Assembly (NCBI GenBank): GCA_934096125.1 | Contig: CAKOLB010000004.1 | Coordinates: 55,117 to 119,116 of the forward strand | Source: an uncultured Bacilli bacterium | Lineage (GTDB): Bacteria > Bacillota_I > Bacilli_A > RF39 > UBA660 | DNA: 64,000 nt | Reading direction: 5' to 3' | Position numbers and translations under genes: made by a program | Shown: piece by piece, positions 1 to 10,477 of the stretch | Position numbering within the stretch: position 1 is the first letter of the stretch | Layout: every line of letters starts with the position of its first letter | The notes under the pieces: generated by a model | Seen by the model: only the letters and a program-made list of their open reading frames with translations | Database searches by the model: none | Told to the model about the DNA's origin: nothing

Positions 1-1
1 T

Positions 2-397
2 GTAAGTGATGAAGATGTTAAAATAGAAATACATCAAAAAATAAATGAAATTGATTCTTATGATAAATTATTGCAAGTAAAAGAAGAAATTGAAGACCGC
101 TTTGGTAAAATTGATGAAAATATGCTTGTGTATATGTATGAAGAATGGTTTGAAAAGCTTGCCTTAAAATATAACATTACGAATGTGGTACAAACTGATA
201 GATTAGTGGAAGTTACTTTGCCTGAGGAAATATCTGCAGGTATTAAAGGCGATAAACTTTTGTTTGATGCGATGAACTTATCAAAATCATTTAATATAAA
301 GTATCAAAATAAAAAAATAATTATTACTTTATATATTAAAAATTTAGAAAAACACTTTATCTTTTATTTAGTTAGTTTATTAGAAAAGACTTTGTAA
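2..397 (+). CDS. mfd: transcription-repair coupling factor Mfd, C-terminal end (5' partial at window edge)
   Basis: The frame of ORF 71..397 stays open upstream to nt 2 (VSDEDVKIEIHQKINEIDSYDKL...). The sequence looks like the TRCF C-terminal region, and spoVT follows immediately as in Bacillus. Confidence 0.6.
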   Translation, partial: VSDEDVKIEIHQKINEIDSYDKLLQVKEEIEDRFGKIDENMLVYMYEEWFEKLALKYNITNVVQTDRLVEVTLPEEISAGIKGDKLLFDAMNLSKSFNIKYQNKKIIITLYIKNLEKHFIFYLVSLLEKTL

Positions 398-434
398 GAA
401 TAACACTAAAACTTTTGGTTATACTAAGGGTGAA

Positions 435-923
435 GTGAGTGTGAAAGTTTTGAAGTCAACAGGTGTTACAAGAAAAATAGATGAGCTGGGAAGAATAGTG
501 GTTCCCAAAGAGATACGAAAAAATTTAGGGATAAGAGAAGGAGAAAGTTTAGAGATATATACAAGTGATGATGCTATAGTCTTAAAAAAACATTATGAGA
601 TATGGCAAAATCATGAAAATATTAAAAGAATAATTAATATAGCAGAGGATATGCTGGATCTGGAAGTTTTAGTAACGGATAGAGAAAAGATTATTTTAGG
701 AAGTTGTAAGAATACTAAACTTTCAGTAGAACTACTTTCTTATATAGATAATCGGGAGATGTATTTTGGGTATGTGGAAAGTCTTGGAGATATTTACACA
801 CTGGTGCCGATTATTTCGGAGTCATCTGCTTTAGGTTTAATTATGATAAAGGAAAATGTTGATAATAGTAAGATAGGAAAGTTTTTAGCAAGGCTTATCG
901 CTGATAAAATTGATATAACATAA
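435..923 (+). CDS. spoVT: stage V sporulation protein T (AbrB-type N-terminus plus C-terminal sensor-like domain)
   Basis: N-terminal AbrB/SpoVT motif TRKIDELGRIVVPKEIRKNLGIREGESLEIY. The length (~160 aa) and the position after mfd also fit. The start could be GTG 441 instead. Confidence 0.8.
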   Translation: MSVKVLKSTGVTRKIDELGRIVVPKEIRKNLGIREGESLEIYTSDDAIVLKKHYEIWQNHENIKRIINIAEDMLDLEVLVTDREKIILGSCKNTKLSVELLSYIDNREMYFGYVESLGDIYTLVPIISESSALGLIMIKENVDNSKIGKFLARLIADKIDIT

Positions 924-1011
924 ATCTTAAGGATAAATTCTTTAAGATTTTTTTCATCTATTGATGAATACCTTAATTTGTGCTAGACTTAAGGTAAATT
1001 TGGGAGGTATT

Positions 1012-1479
1012 ATGCGCAAATTTGAAAAGATAAGTAAAGATGAGTTTCAGAAATATTTTAAAATAGAAGAGTATGAGGGTTTTAATCTTCCAAGAAGAGC
1101 GACGAAAAGTAGTGCTGGCTATGATTTTTTTGCTATTTCTGATTATGTGTTTCATCCAGGGGAAAAATTCCTTGTTCCAACTGGGTATAAAGTAAAAATG
1201 GAAAGTGATGAAATGCTTATGATTGTTATTCGAAGTAGTATGGCTATTAAGCGTAGTATTCGGGTAGTTAATCAAGTTGGAATTATTGAAAGTGATTATT
1301 ACAATAATGAAAGTAATGAAGGGCATATATTTGTGAGTTTAGAAAATTTTGGGGATGAAGATTTTGTATTAGAAAAAGGTGTGGCTTATGCGCAAGGAAT
1401 TTTTACGAAGTTTTTAGTGACTGATGATGATGTAGCTTTAAATAAGAGAACTGGTGGTATTGGAAGTACAACTAAATAA
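1012..1479 (+). CDS. dut: dUTP diphosphatase (trimeric dUTPase family)
   Basis: Motifs SAGYDF, IRSSMA and GIIESDYY. I moved the start from 961 to in-frame ATG 1012, which sits behind a GGGAGG ribosome-binding site. Confidence 0.75.
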   Translation: MRKFEKISKDEFQKYFKIEEYEGFNLPRRATKSSAGYDFFAISDYVFHPGEKFLVPTGYKVKMESDEMLMIVIRSSMAIKRSIRVVNQVGIIESDYYNNESNEGHIFVSLENFGDEDFVLEKGVAYAQGIFTKFLVTDDDVALNKRTGGIGSTTK

Positions 1480-1494
1480 AGAAAGGAAGAAAAA

Positions 1495-3012
1495 ATGAAA
1501 GAAAAATATTATATAACAACAGCGATTGCTTATACTTCAGGGAAACCTCATATTGGTAATACATATGAGATTGTTTTAGCAGATACAATTGCTAGATATA
1601 AAAGATTAATGGGGTATGATGTTTATTTTCAAACAGGTACTGATGAACATGGGGAAAAGATTGAAATTAAAGCAAAAGAACAAAATAAAACTCCTCAAGA
1701 TTTTGTTGATGATGTGTCAAAAGAGATTAAAAGTATTTGGGATGTTATGAATACAAGTTATGATAAATTTGTTAGAACAACTGATGAAGTTCATGAGAAA
1801 AAAGTTCAAGCTATATTTAAGAAAATGTATGATAATGGGGATATATATAAAGGAGAGTATACGGGAAAATATTGTATTCCTTGTGAATCCTTTTGGACTG
1901 ATACTCAGCTTGTGGATGGTAAATGTCCAGATTGTGGTAGAGATGTTGTTAGTAAAGGAGAAGAGGCTTACTTCTTTAGATTATCTAAATATCAAAAAAG
2001 ACTGGAAGATTATATTCTAAGTCATCCAGATTTTATTAAGCCAGAGTCTCGAAAAAATGAAATGCTTAATAATTTTATTCGTCCAGGTTTACAAGATTTA
2101 TGTGTGTCTAGAACTAGTTTTAAATGGGGAATTCCGGTGACATTTGATGATAAGCATATTGTTTATGTGTGGCTAGATGCACTTACTAACTATATTACGA
2201 ATATTGGTTATGATACAGAAAATCCATCTTCTGAATTTAATTATTGGTGGCCGGCTGATTTACATTTAGTTGGCAAAGATATTGTTCGCTTTCACACTAT
2301 TTACTGGCCATGCTTTTTGATGAGTCTTGGTTTAGATTTGCCTAAACAAGTATTTGGTCATCCATGGCTGATTGTGGAAGGTGGCAAGATGAGTAAGAGT
2401 CTTGGTAATGTGGTTTATGCCGATGATTTAGTGGCAAAATACGGTGTAGATGCAGTTAGATATTATTTTTTACATGAAATTCCATATGCATCTGATGGCT
2501 TGTTTACTGAAAAACTACTCGTAGAGAGAATTAACAGTGACCTTGTAAATGTTCTGGGAAATTTAGTAAATAGAACGATTACTATGGCTTATAAATATTT
2601 TGATGGTGTTATTGATTGTAAGCGAGAAAGTGAAGAAATAGATAAGGATTTTGAAAAAGTAATTGATACACTAAATGAAAATGTGGCTAAAAAAATGGAT
2701 GAATTAATGGTTGGAGATGCTTTAGAAGAAATATTTAAAGTATATAAAAGATGTAATAAATATATAGATGAAGCTATGCCTTGGGTACTTGCGAAAGATG
2801 AAGAGAAAAAGAATAGATTAGCAACAGTTCTTTACAACTTACTTGAGGGAATTAGAAAGGCAACCGTTTTATTACAAGCCTTTTTGCCTGAGACTGCTAA
2901 AAAAGTTTTAGATGCTTTAAATACAAAACAAAGAAGTGTACGTGATGAAGCATTATTATTGCCAGTTACTTTACAAAAATTAGATCATTTATTTGAAAGG
3001 ATAGATGAGTAA
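1495..3012 (+). CDS. metG: methionine--tRNA ligase (short form)
   Basis: HIGH-type motif KPHIGNTYE, KMSKS motif, and zinc knuckle CIPCESF...CPDCG. Confidence 0.9.
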   Translation: MKEKYYITTAIAYTSGKPHIGNTYEIVLADTIARYKRLMGYDVYFQTGTDEHGEKIEIKAKEQNKTPQDFVDDVSKEIKSIWDVMNTSYDKFVRTTDEVHEKKVQAIFKKMYDNGDIYKGEYTGKYCIPCESFWTDTQLVDGKCPDCGRDVVSKGEEAYFFRLSKYQKRLEDYILSHPDFIKPESRKNEMLNNFIRPGLQDLCVSRTSFKWGIPVTFDDKHIVYVWLDALTNYITNIGYDTENPSSEFNYWWPADLHLVGKDIVRFHTIYWPCFLMSLGLDLPKQVFGHPWLIVEGGKMSKSLGNVVYADDLVAKYGVDAVRYYFLHEIPYASDGLFTEKLLVERINSDLVNVLGNLVNRTITMAYKYFDGVIDCKRESEEIDKDFEKVIDTLNENVAKKMDELMVGDALEEIFKVYKRCNKYIDEAMPWVLAKDEEKKNRLATVLYNLLEGIRKATVLLQAFLPETAKKVLDALNTKQRSVRDEALLLPVTLQKLDHLFERIDE

Positions 3013-3805
3013 ATTGAAACCTTTTTTAATAGATTCTCATTGTCATTTGTTTAGTGATGATTACAGTGATTTAACCAAAGTAATTAAAGAAGCAAGGGAA
3101 GAACGGGTAAAATATTTTCTTAATAATGGGAGTAATAAAAAATATAATGAAGAGCTTATAAAGATGCTTTCAAATTATCCAAATATGGTTGGAGCTCTTG
3201 GTATTCATCCGGAGAGTGTGGAAGACGCAGGAGATGAAGATTTAGATTTTATTGAAAGAAATTTAGGTTATGAAAAGATTGTTGCTATTGGAGAGATTGG
3301 ACTTGATTACTATTATGGTAAAGCGAGTAAAGAGGCGCAAATTAAATTTTTGGAAAAACAACTAAAAATGGCCGAGAAATATGAGATGCCGGTTGTTATT
3401 CATAGTAGAGAGGCAACGCAGGATACTATTAGTCTTTTGCAAAAATATAATGTGAAAGGTGTTATCCACTGTTTTTCTGGAAGTTATGAAACGGCCAAAA
3501 TTTATATAAAAATGGGGTATAAACTGGGAGTTAATGGTGTTATTACTTTTAAAAATGCCAATATAAAAGAGGTAATAAAGAAAGTGGGTCTTGAAAATAT
3601 AGTTTTAGAAACTGATAGTCCCTATCTTACACCAGAGCCTTACCGTGGGAGACAAAATTGTCCCAAGCATGTGCTGGAAGTGGCAAAATTTGTCGCTGAT
3701 TTATTTGATACTACACTAGAAGAAGTAATGAAAGTTACGACAAATAATGTCTTAAATACTTTTTCAAAATTTGCAAAAATTGTAAGTTGCGATGAAAATG
3801 ATTAG
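3005..3805 (+). CDS. tatD: TatD-family metal-dependent DNase/hydrolase
   Basis: IDSHCHL start motif, GEIGLDYYY, VIHSREA, ETDSPYLTP. Follows metG as yabD does in Bacillus. Confidence 0.85.
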   Translation: MSKLKPFLIDSHCHLFSDDYSDLTKVIKEAREERVKYFLNNGSNKKYNEELIKMLSNYPNMVGALGIHPESVEDAGDEDLDFIERNLGYEKIVAIGEIGLDYYYGKASKEAQIKFLEKQLKMAEKYEMPVVIHSREATQDTISLLQKYNVKGVIHCFSGSYETAKIYIKMGYKLGVNGVITFKNANIKEVIKKVGLENIVLETDSPYLTPEPYRGRQNCPKHVLEVAKFVADLFDTTLEEVMKVTTNNVLNTFSKFAKIVSCDEND

Positions 3806-3842
3806 ATGATATAATATTTTGGCCTGGTGAGGAGGGCAATAG

Positions 3843-4367
3843 ATGAGAATTGTTAATTATTTTTTGAGGGTGTTTTTAATGATTGGTGTTTTGTTTTTAG
3901 CAGAAAGCAGTACGAATAATCATATGAAAATAGCCATAAATGAGAATGTTAATAAAACAATAAATGTTGATGCGATGTCAATGAAAGTATTGGAAGTTAC
4001 CGAGAGTTTGAAGTTTAGAGCCATAGATTCTTATACGGGTGATATGACTGGCTATGCGGCGAATTGTCCGAAGTGCAGCGGCAAGCTTTCATGTCTTCCT
4101 AGTTTGGATGTAACTGGGGGAAAAAATACTTATGAAGATGCGACTTATGGTAAAGTTAATATAGTTGCAGCGAGTAAAAATTTAGCGTGTGGCTCTATTG
4201 TTAGTTTTTATAATGATAGAATATCAAATGAAAAGATAGTAGCAATAGTACTAGATAGAGGAGTATATGCTAATACCTTAGACTTTTTAGCTCCGAGTGA
4301 AGCTTATGCTAGCAATTATATAGGCCGCAGAAGTATTACTTATGATGTGTTAAGAGTTGGGTGGTAA
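3843..4367 (+). CDS. secreted 3D/RlpA-like (double-psi beta-barrel) domain protein, YabE-like position
   Basis: N-terminal signal/TM segment, TGYAANCPKCSG motif, and C-terminal VAIVLDRGV...LDFL. Sits between tatD and rsmA where Bacillus has yabE. Confidence 0.45.
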   Translation: MRIVNYFLRVFLMIGVLFLAESSTNNHMKIAINENVNKTINVDAMSMKVLEVTESLKFRAIDSYTGDMTGYAANCPKCSGKLSCLPSLDVTGGKNTYEDATYGKVNIVAASKNLACGSIVSFYNDRISNEKIVAIVLDRGVYANTLDFLAPSEAYASNYIGRRSITYDVLRVGW

Positions 4368-4368
4368 G

Positions 4369-5154
4369 ATGCGAGCAAAAAAAAGACTAGGGCAAAACTT
4401 TTTGATAAGTAAGGAAATAATTAAAAAAATAATGTTAGAAGTTGAAGCTTTAGAAGATGATTTAATTATTGAAATTGGTCCAGGGATGGGAGCATTAACA
4501 AAAGCTATGAAGAAAAAAAATGCCCATTTAATAGCTTATGAACTGGATACTGATTTAAAGCAAGTCTTAAGTCCTTTAGAAGATGAGAAAACAAAAGTTA
4601 TATATAAAGACTTTTTGCAAAGTGATGTTAGAAGTGATATAAAAAATATGAAGTATAATAATATTTATATTGTTGGTAATTTACCATATTATATTACTAC
4701 TCCGATAATAGAACATATAATATCTTTGAATTTAGATTTAAAAAGACTTACAATTATGGTGCAAAGGGAAGTAGCTGAGAGATTTTTAGCAAAGCCTGGT
4801 TCAAAAAGTTATGGTTATATCACATTGTTTTTAAGATATTATTTTTCGGCTTATAAAGTATGTGATGTAAGTAGTAAATGTTTTAGCCCAGAGCCAAAGG
4901 TGCAAAGTGCTGTGGTAAGTTTTGAGCCAAGGAAGCAAAAATTAGAGCTGGATGATGGTTATTTTAAATTTTTGAAAGTAATATTTAAACAGAAGAGAAA
5001 AAATATTCGAAATAATTTAAAAGGTATTTATGAAGAAGATGTTTTAAAGGAAAAACTTGAGAAGATGAATTTGGATATGCAAGTAAGAGCAGAAGAATTA
5101 AGTGAAGAGCAAATAATAATGTTATATAAAGAGTTAACCAAGAAGAGGGGTTAG
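4369..5154 (+). CDS. rsmA: 16S rRNA (adenine1518/1519-N6)-dimethyltransferase
   Basis: LGQNFL start motif, EIGPGMGALT SAM-binding motif, and NLPYYITTPI. Start taken at ATG 4369, in frame with listed ORF 4357. Confidence 0.9.
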   Translation: MRAKKRLGQNFLISKEIIKKIMLEVEALEDDLIIEIGPGMGALTKAMKKKNAHLIAYELDTDLKQVLSPLEDEKTKVIYKDFLQSDVRSDIKNMKYNNIYIVGNLPYYITTPIIEHIISLNLDLKRLTIMVQREVAERFLAKPGSKSYGYITLFLRYYFSAYKVCDVSSKCFSPEPKVQSAVVSFEPRKQKLELDDGYFKFLKVIFKQKRKNIRNNLKGIYEEDVLKEKLEKMNLDMQVRAEELSEEQIIMLYKELTKKRG

Positions 5155-5208
5155 CTTTTTTTGAATAAATTACTTTGATAAATAATATAATTAAATGGTG
5201 ATTATATT

Positions 5209-5985
5209 TTGGATATAAAAAAAGGGGATTATGTAACTAGAAATAGTTATAATAATGATACTGTTTTTAAAGTTATAAATGTTAAAGATAATATGGTTTA
5301 TTTAAAAGGGGTAGAGGTTCGTTTAGTAGCCGATGCTTTAGTTACGGACTTAAGAAAAGAAGAAAATGTTAGTCAAGATAACTTAATAGATGAAATAAAA
5401 GTGCAAGAAGATCTTTTGGTGCGAGGGGAGTATTTTTATTTGCCGGCGAAAGTTCTTCATATTGATGCGGATGAGGAGTACTTGAGAAGATGTTTGAAGT
5501 TTTATAAGAAAAATGGGATTTTTGCTATTGGCAAGAAAATAAATGAGAAAAATATTTATGAGCAGTTACTCATGCTTTTAAGGGAATATAAACCCGATAT
5601 TGTTGTGATTACAGGACATGATGCTTATTATAAGAAAAAAGGAAATATTAATGATTTAAAAAATTATAAAAATTCAGCGTATTTTGTTAAAGCAGTGAAA
5701 GTAGCTAGAAATTATGAAAAAAGTCATGAAAAGCTTGTAATTATTGCTGGGGCTTGTCAAAGTGATTATGAAGAGTTAATTAAAGCTGGAGCAAATTTTG
5801 CCTCTAGTCCCAAAAGAATTAATATTCATGCATTAGACCCAGCGATTATTGCGAGTACTATATCACTTACGGAAAGAAGTAGGGAAATAGATTTAAAGAA
5901 ACTTTTAGATAAAACGAAATATAAAGAAGAAGGTATGGGGGGAATTATTTGTAATGGACTTATGTATGTGGGGTATCCAAGATGA
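5209..5985 (+). CDS. yabG: sporulation-specific protease YabG
   Basis: YabG-like sequence (DIVVITGHDAY, ACQSDYE) in the conserved position rsmA-yabG-veg. Confidence 0.8.
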   Translation: MDIKKGDYVTRNSYNNDTVFKVINVKDNMVYLKGVEVRLVADALVTDLRKEENVSQDNLIDEIKVQEDLLVRGEYFYLPAKVLHIDADEEYLRRCLKFYKKNGIFAIGKKINEKNIYEQLLMLLREYKPDIVVITGHDAYYKKKGNINDLKNYKNSAYFVKAVKVARNYEKSHEKLVIIAGACQSDYEELIKAGANFASSPKRINIHALDPAIIASTISLTERSREIDLKKLLDKTKYKEEGMGGIICNGLMYVGYPR

Positions 5986-6191
5986 ATATTAATATAATAA
6001 GAGATCATATCAAAAAACTTTTAAATAAGAAAGTAATGCTCTCTGTTTATGGGATGCGTAACAGAGTAACAAGATATGAAGGAATTGTTTATAAAATGTA
6101 TCCTAATATCTTTACGTTACTAATAAATGGAGAAGAGAAGAGTTTTTGTTATAGAGATGTTGCAACAGGAGATATAAAAATAAATGTATAA
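5982..6191 (+). CDS. veg: Veg protein
   Basis: 69 aa with a Veg-like pattern (GMRNRVTRYEGIVYKMYPNIFTL...SFCYRDVATGDIKI). Synteny after yabG. Confidence 0.8.
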   Translation: MNINIIRDHIKKLLNKKVMLSVYGMRNRVTRYEGIVYKMYPNIFTLLINGEEKSFCYRDVATGDIKINV

Positions 6192-6216
6192 TAAAAAAAA
6201 TAAAACATATAATTAA

Positions 6217-6507
6217 ATGGTGATAAAAATGGATGGAACGGTTTATGGTAATCAAGAAGTAAAAATGATTGATAGAAGTAATATTTCAATATCAGGAGTT
6301 AAAAAAATTGTTAGTTTTGATGATCAAGAGTTTTTGATGGAAACTAATATGGGAAATATGCGGATACTTGGAAATACTTTAGAGCTTTTGAAACTTGATA
6401 CTCAGGATGGAAATGTAAAGATTAAGGGGAAGATTAACTCCTTTATGTATGTAGATGGAAAGGGAAAAAATAAAGAAGATAGTTTGATGAGTAAGTTATT
6501 TAAATGA
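6217..6507 (+). CDS. yabP: sporulation protein YabP
   Basis: YabP-like core ISGVKKIVSFDDQEFLMETNMGNMRILGNTLELLKLD. Overlaps the yabQ start. Confidence 0.8.
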   Translation: MVIKMDGTVYGNQEVKMIDRSNISISGVKKIVSFDDQEFLMETNMGNMRILGNTLELLKLDTQDGNVKIKGKINSFMYVDGKGKNKEDSLMSKLFK

Positions 6508-6803
6508 GTAGTTCCCTGCAACTTGTAAGTTTTCTTTTTTCTTTTCTATTTGGAGTAGTATTTAGTTTTTTAACAAGTGTTAATAATTATGTTTTGCAGG
6601 ATAAATCAAAAATTGTGAAGTGCTTTATAACCGGGGTATTTGTTCTTGATATAGTACTTTTGTATGTTTATATGATGTATAAAATAAATATGGGAATTTT
6701 ACATATATACTTTATAATGGTATTGGTATTAGGTTATATTGGGGCGGTTAAGTGTCAAACTTGTGTCAAAAGAAAAATTAAACTATTTAAAAAGACAAAA
6801 TAA
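6504..6803 (+). CDS. yabQ: spore cortex biosynthesis membrane protein YabQ
   Basis: Small polytopic membrane protein directly after yabP with an ATGA overlap. Confidence 0.7.
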   Translation: MSSSLQLVSFLFSFLFGVVFSFLTSVNNYVLQDKSKIVKCFITGVFVLDIVLLYVYMMYKINMGILHIYFIMVLVLGYIGAVKCQTCVKRKIKLFKKTK

Positions 6804-6849
6804 GTTGTCTTTTTTTGATATACTAATTAAAGATTTGATGGGGTGGAAA

Positions 6850-7134
6850 ATGAAAAAAACAAGGAAAGAGAAGAAGAGACTTATTACGATTAGCTTGATT
6901 ATTATGTTTATGCTTGTGTCTTTGGTAACTTCTGTTGCTAGTGACTGGACTAAAATTTTAGAAAATAAAAGTAAGATAGAGTCTTTAAATGTCAAGTATA
7001 ATACTTTGCTAAGTGATGAAGAGAAGCTTGTTAGTGAAGTAACTAAACTTCAAGATACTGATTATATAGCAAGATATGCTAAAGAAAAGTATATGTATTC
7101 AGCAGATGGTGAAACAATTATTAGAATGGACTAA
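6850..7134 (+). CDS. divIC: septum formation initiator (DivIC/FtsB family)
   Basis: Basic N-terminus, a single TM segment, a coiled coil, and the [10 protein letters not shown] motif. Start set to ATG 6850 behind GGGGTGG; the listed 6739 start overlaps yabQ. Confidence 0.75.
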   Translation: MKKTRKEKKRLITISLIIMFMLVSLVTSVASDWTKILENKSKIESLNVKYNTLLSDEEKLVSEVTKLQDTDYIARYAKEKYMYSADGETIIRMD

Positions 7135-7709
7135 ATAATATTTTTCTTAAGTATTTCATCAATTAATCCATACTCGAGGGCTTCATCAGCGCTTAGAAAG
7201 TTATCTCTTTCGGTATCATTATAGATTTTTTCCACAGACTTTCCAGTGTTTTGAGCTAGTATTTGATTTAATTTTTCTTTAAGTTTAATAATTCTTTCAG
7301 CGGCAATTTTGATATCACTTGCCCGCCCACTTGCACCACCTAGAGGTTGGTGAATCATGACTTCAGTATTTGGTAAAGCATATCTTTTATCGCCACTTGA
7401 AAGTAAAAAGGCTCCCATACTTGCACAAAGACCAAGGCCAATGGTTATTATTTTGCTTTCAGTATACTTCATAGTATCGTAAATAGCCATACCAGCGGTG
7501 ATAGCTCCTCCAGGGCTGTTGATATAAAGGTAAATATCATCATGACTTAGGTTATCAAGATAAAGAAGCTGACCGATGATATTACTTGCCAAATTATCCT
7601 CAATTTCACCACTTAAAAAAATAATTCGGTCCTTTAAAAGACGAGAGTATAAGTCAAAGGCATACTCTTTATTGCTAGTTTTTTCAATTACTGTAGGTAT
7701 TATGTTCAT
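7131..7709 (-). CDS. clpP: ATP-dependent Clp protease proteolytic subunit
   Basis: ClpP motifs: YDIYSRLL-like [23 protein letters not shown] (catalytic Ser), MIHQP (His). Confidence 0.95.
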   Translation of the reverse strand: MNIIPTVIEKTSNKEYAFDLYSRLLKDRIIFLSGEIEDNLASNIIGQLLYLDNLSHDDIYLYINSPGGAITAGMAIYDTMKYTESKIITIGLGLCASMGAFLLSSGDKRYALPNTEVMIHQPLGGASGRASDIKIAAERIIKLKEKLNQILAQNTGKSVEKIYNDTERDNFLSADEALEYGLIDEILKKNII

Positions 7710-7813
7710 ATTTTTGTCTCCTTATAAGTAAATAATAGTAAATATATTTAAATTTTATTCACAAGAACTAAAAAAATTGATATAATTGTTATTAAGAATA
7801 GAGGGAGATAATA

Positions 7814-9457
7814 GTGAGCTATTTTGAAGTTGAATTTGATGGTGTGAAACATAAATATCCTCAAGGTACTTTGTTTTATGAAGTATCTAAGGCTTCTAAA
7901 AAAGAAAATATAATGGCTTATAAAATAGGTAATGAAGTGTTTTCTTTAGATGAAAAAGTAAATAAAAATGTTAAGATAGAGTTTATAAATACGGATGATA
8001 TAATTGGTAATAAGATATATAAAGCAGGACTTAAGTTTTTGTTTGAAGTGGCTCTTTTGGAGTGTTTTCCAAATTTAGAAGTTACTTATGAACATAGTGT
8101 GCCAAGAGGAATGCTTGCTCATGTATCAGGAGATAAAGTTTTAACCCAAGATGATATTTCAGTAATTAAGGGAAAGATGAGTGAGATAATATATAATAAT
8201 GATAAAATTATAAAGCTTAATATTTTGCCGAAAGAGGCGATTAATTATTTTTATCATCATTCTTTGTATGAAAAGGCGGAAAATATCCAAAATATAAGTG
8301 ATAGGGTTGTTAATTTTTATAGTTTGCGGAAAAGACTTAATTATTTTTATTCACTTATGCCTTATAATACTGGTGCTCTTAATAAGTTTGAAATAGTATA
8401 TTTAGGAAAAAATAAGTTAATATTTTTGTTCCCAACTGTTAAAAGTCATGGAAAAGTGCCAGAGTATGTGCATTATGCTAGTATCTTAGAAAGCTTTTGG
8501 GAAGGTAAAAAATGGCTTAATCAAATGCATATTCCTTATGTTTCCGATTTAAATAAATTAGTTGGTAATGGAAAGATTAAAGATTTTATTACTTCTTCTG
8601 AGCTTAAGTTTAACTTAAACATTTCCAAAGTGGTAAAGGATGTGCAAGCAAGAAAAGATATTAAGTTCATTTTGATTGCGGGTCCATCATCTTCAGGAAA
8701 GACAACGACGACCTCAAGAATTGCGAATTATTTTGCGGCTGAAGGGTATGATACAATTAAAATAAGTTTGGATGATTATTTTCTAGACCGAGAAAAAAGT
8801 CCAAAGGATGAAAATGGTAAGTATAATTTTGAATGTTTAGAAGCTTTGGATGTTTCCCTTTTTAATCAAGATTTAAATGATTTACTTATGGGTAAGGAAG
8901 TGTTGCTTCCAAAGTATAATTTTTTAACAGGGAAAGGTGAAAAGGGAAAAGAAAAAATTTCTTTAAAAGAAAATAGTATTGTTCTAATTGAAGGACTTCA
9001 TGCTTTAAATGAAGAACTTACGAAGTCTATTGCATCAACATATAAGTACAAAGTGTATTTAAGTCCATTTATTCCTCTTAGTATCGATAGACATAACTAT
9101 ATATCAACTCTAGATATGCGGCTTTTAAGAAGAATGGTTCGTGATAATAGAACAAGAGGTTATGAAGTTACAGCGACAATTGATAGTTGGCAGAGCGTTC
9201 GAAGTGGAGAAGAAAAATATATTTTTCCATATATTCATGAGGCTGATACAATTGTTAATACGGCGCTTCCCTATGAAATTGGGGTGCTGAAAGTTTATGT
9301 GCTTCCTCTTTTGTTATCAGTTGATGTAAATTCTATTTATTATGAAGAGGCAAGAAGATTAGTGGATTTCTTAAAACAGTTTTTTCCTATTCCAGGAGAA
9401 TATGTTAATGATGAATCAATATTACGCGAGTTTATAGGAGGTAAATATAATGATTAA
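7814..9457 (+). CDS. uridine-kinase-family nucleoside kinase with an N-terminal ThrRS/TGS-like extension
   Basis: P-loop IAGPSSSGKTTTT in the C-terminal half, with a long N-terminal domain typical of the Firmicute 'AAA/uridine kinase' fusion. Confidence 0.55.
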   Translation: MSYFEVEFDGVKHKYPQGTLFYEVSKASKKENIMAYKIGNEVFSLDEKVNKNVKIEFINTDDIIGNKIYKAGLKFLFEVALLECFPNLEVTYEHSVPRGMLAHVSGDKVLTQDDISVIKGKMSEIIYNNDKIIKLNILPKEAINYFYHHSLYEKAENIQNISDRVVNFYSLRKRLNYFYSLMPYNTGALNKFEIVYLGKNKLIFLFPTVKSHGKVPEYVHYASILESFWEGKKWLNQMHIPYVSDLNKLVGNGKIKDFITSSELKFNLNISKVVKDVQARKDIKFILIAGPSSSGKTTTTSRIANYFAAEGYDTIKISLDDYFLDREKSPKDENGKYNFECLEALDVSLFNQDLNDLLMGKEVLLPKYNFLTGKGEKGKEKISLKENSIVLIEGLHALNEELTKSIASTYKYKVYLSPFIPLSIDRHNYISTLDMRLLRRMVRDNRTRGYEVTATIDSWQSVRSGEEKYIFPYIHEADTIVNTALPYEIGVLKVYVLPLLLSVDVNSIYYEEARRLVDFLKQFFPIPGEYVNDESILREFIGGKYND

Positions 9458-10454
9458 AGTTGCGATTAATGGTTTTGGGAGAATTGGGAGGTTAGCTTTT
9501 AGACAAATAGTTACACAAACAGATTTTGATATTGTAGCTATTAATGACTTAACTAGTGCTGAAGATTTAGCATATTTAGTTAAGTATGATACTGTTCATG
9601 GCTCTTTTCATGAAGATGAAATTACTTTTGATGGTAATGAAATAGTTGTAGCAGGAAAGAAAAGAATTAAAGTTTATAGTGAAACTGACCCTTTTAATTT
9701 ACCATGGGGTGAATTAGGTGTAGATTTAGTTCTTGAATGTACTGGTAAGTTTACATCAAGAGAAGGGGCAATGAAACATATTACATCTGGCGCAAAAAAG
9801 GTACTTATTTCTGCACCTTGTAAAGATGAGGTAAAAACTATTGTTTATGGTGTTAATGATAATATTTTAACTAGTGATGATATTATTGTTTCTGGGGCAA
9901 GTTGTACTACCAATTGTTTGGCACCAGTTTTATATGTTTTAAATAAAAATATTGGAATTAAAAAAGGTTTTATGACTACTGTTCATGCTTATACAAATGA
10001 CCAAGCTACTTTGGATATTGCTCATAAAAAAGGTATTAAAGCTAGAAGAGGTAGAGCATGTGCGCAAAATATTGTTCCAGCATCTACTGGAGCAGCAAAA
10101 GCAATTGGGCATGTTATTCCTGAACTTAATGGAAAACTTGATGGAATGGCAATGCGAGTTCCAACTGCAGATGGTTCTTTAATTGATGTAACTTTGGAAC
10201 TAGCTCGAAAGACAACTATAGAAGAAGTTAATAATTTGTTTAAAAATAATCAAAGTGTTGTTCTTAAGTACACAGAAGACCCAATTGTTTCAAGCGATTG
10301 TCTTGGTAAAAAATTTGGGGCTATAGTTGATGGACTTTCAACTAATATAATTGAGTCAGATGACACACAACTTGTTAAAGTACTTGCTTGGTATGATAAT
10401 GAATATGGGTATACAGCACAAATGCTTAGAACTGCAAAAAAAATGTTTGAATAG
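9450..10454 (+). CDS. gap: type I glyceraldehyde-3-phosphate dehydrogenase
   Basis: INGFGRIGR Rossmann start, active site SCTTNCLAP, and WYDNEYGY. Confidence 0.95.
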   Translation: MIKVAINGFGRIGRLAFRQIVTQTDFDIVAINDLTSAEDLAYLVKYDTVHGSFHEDEITFDGNEIVVAGKKRIKVYSETDPFNLPWGELGVDLVLECTGKFTSREGAMKHITSGAKKVLISAPCKDEVKTIVYGVNDNILTSDDIIVSGASCTTNCLAPVLYVLNKNIGIKKGFMTTVHAYTNDQATLDIAHKKGIKARRGRACAQNIVPASTGAAKAIGHVIPELNGKLDGMAMRVPTADGSLIDVTLELARKTTIEEVNNLFKNNQSVVLKYTEDPIVSSDCLGKKFGAIVDGLSTNIIESDDTQLVKVLAWYDNEYGYTAQMLRTAKKMFE

Positions 10455-10477
10455 AGTCTTATGACTTTTTTTGCTAG

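Noticed and set aside
973-1326. Antisense or alternative-frame ORFs nested inside well-supported genes: 973-1326(-), 1760-2020(+), 5826-6008(-), 6783-6995(-), 9985-10182(+), 12984-13244(-), 14410-14616(-), 15735-15923(-), 17298-17483(-), 21592-21780(-), 23383-23649(-), 23393-23581(-), 33667-33858(-), 38500-38700(+), 44542-45734(-) set, 48936-49196(-), 50447-50656(-), 53155-53691(+), 56394-56576(-), 58026-58310(-), 60279-60491(-), 63200-63478(+).
   Set aside because: Each lies within or opposite a gene with clear family motifs. Their translations are low-complexity (F/I/L/K/N-rich), as expected from AT-rich DNA, and none has a recognisable motif or RBS.
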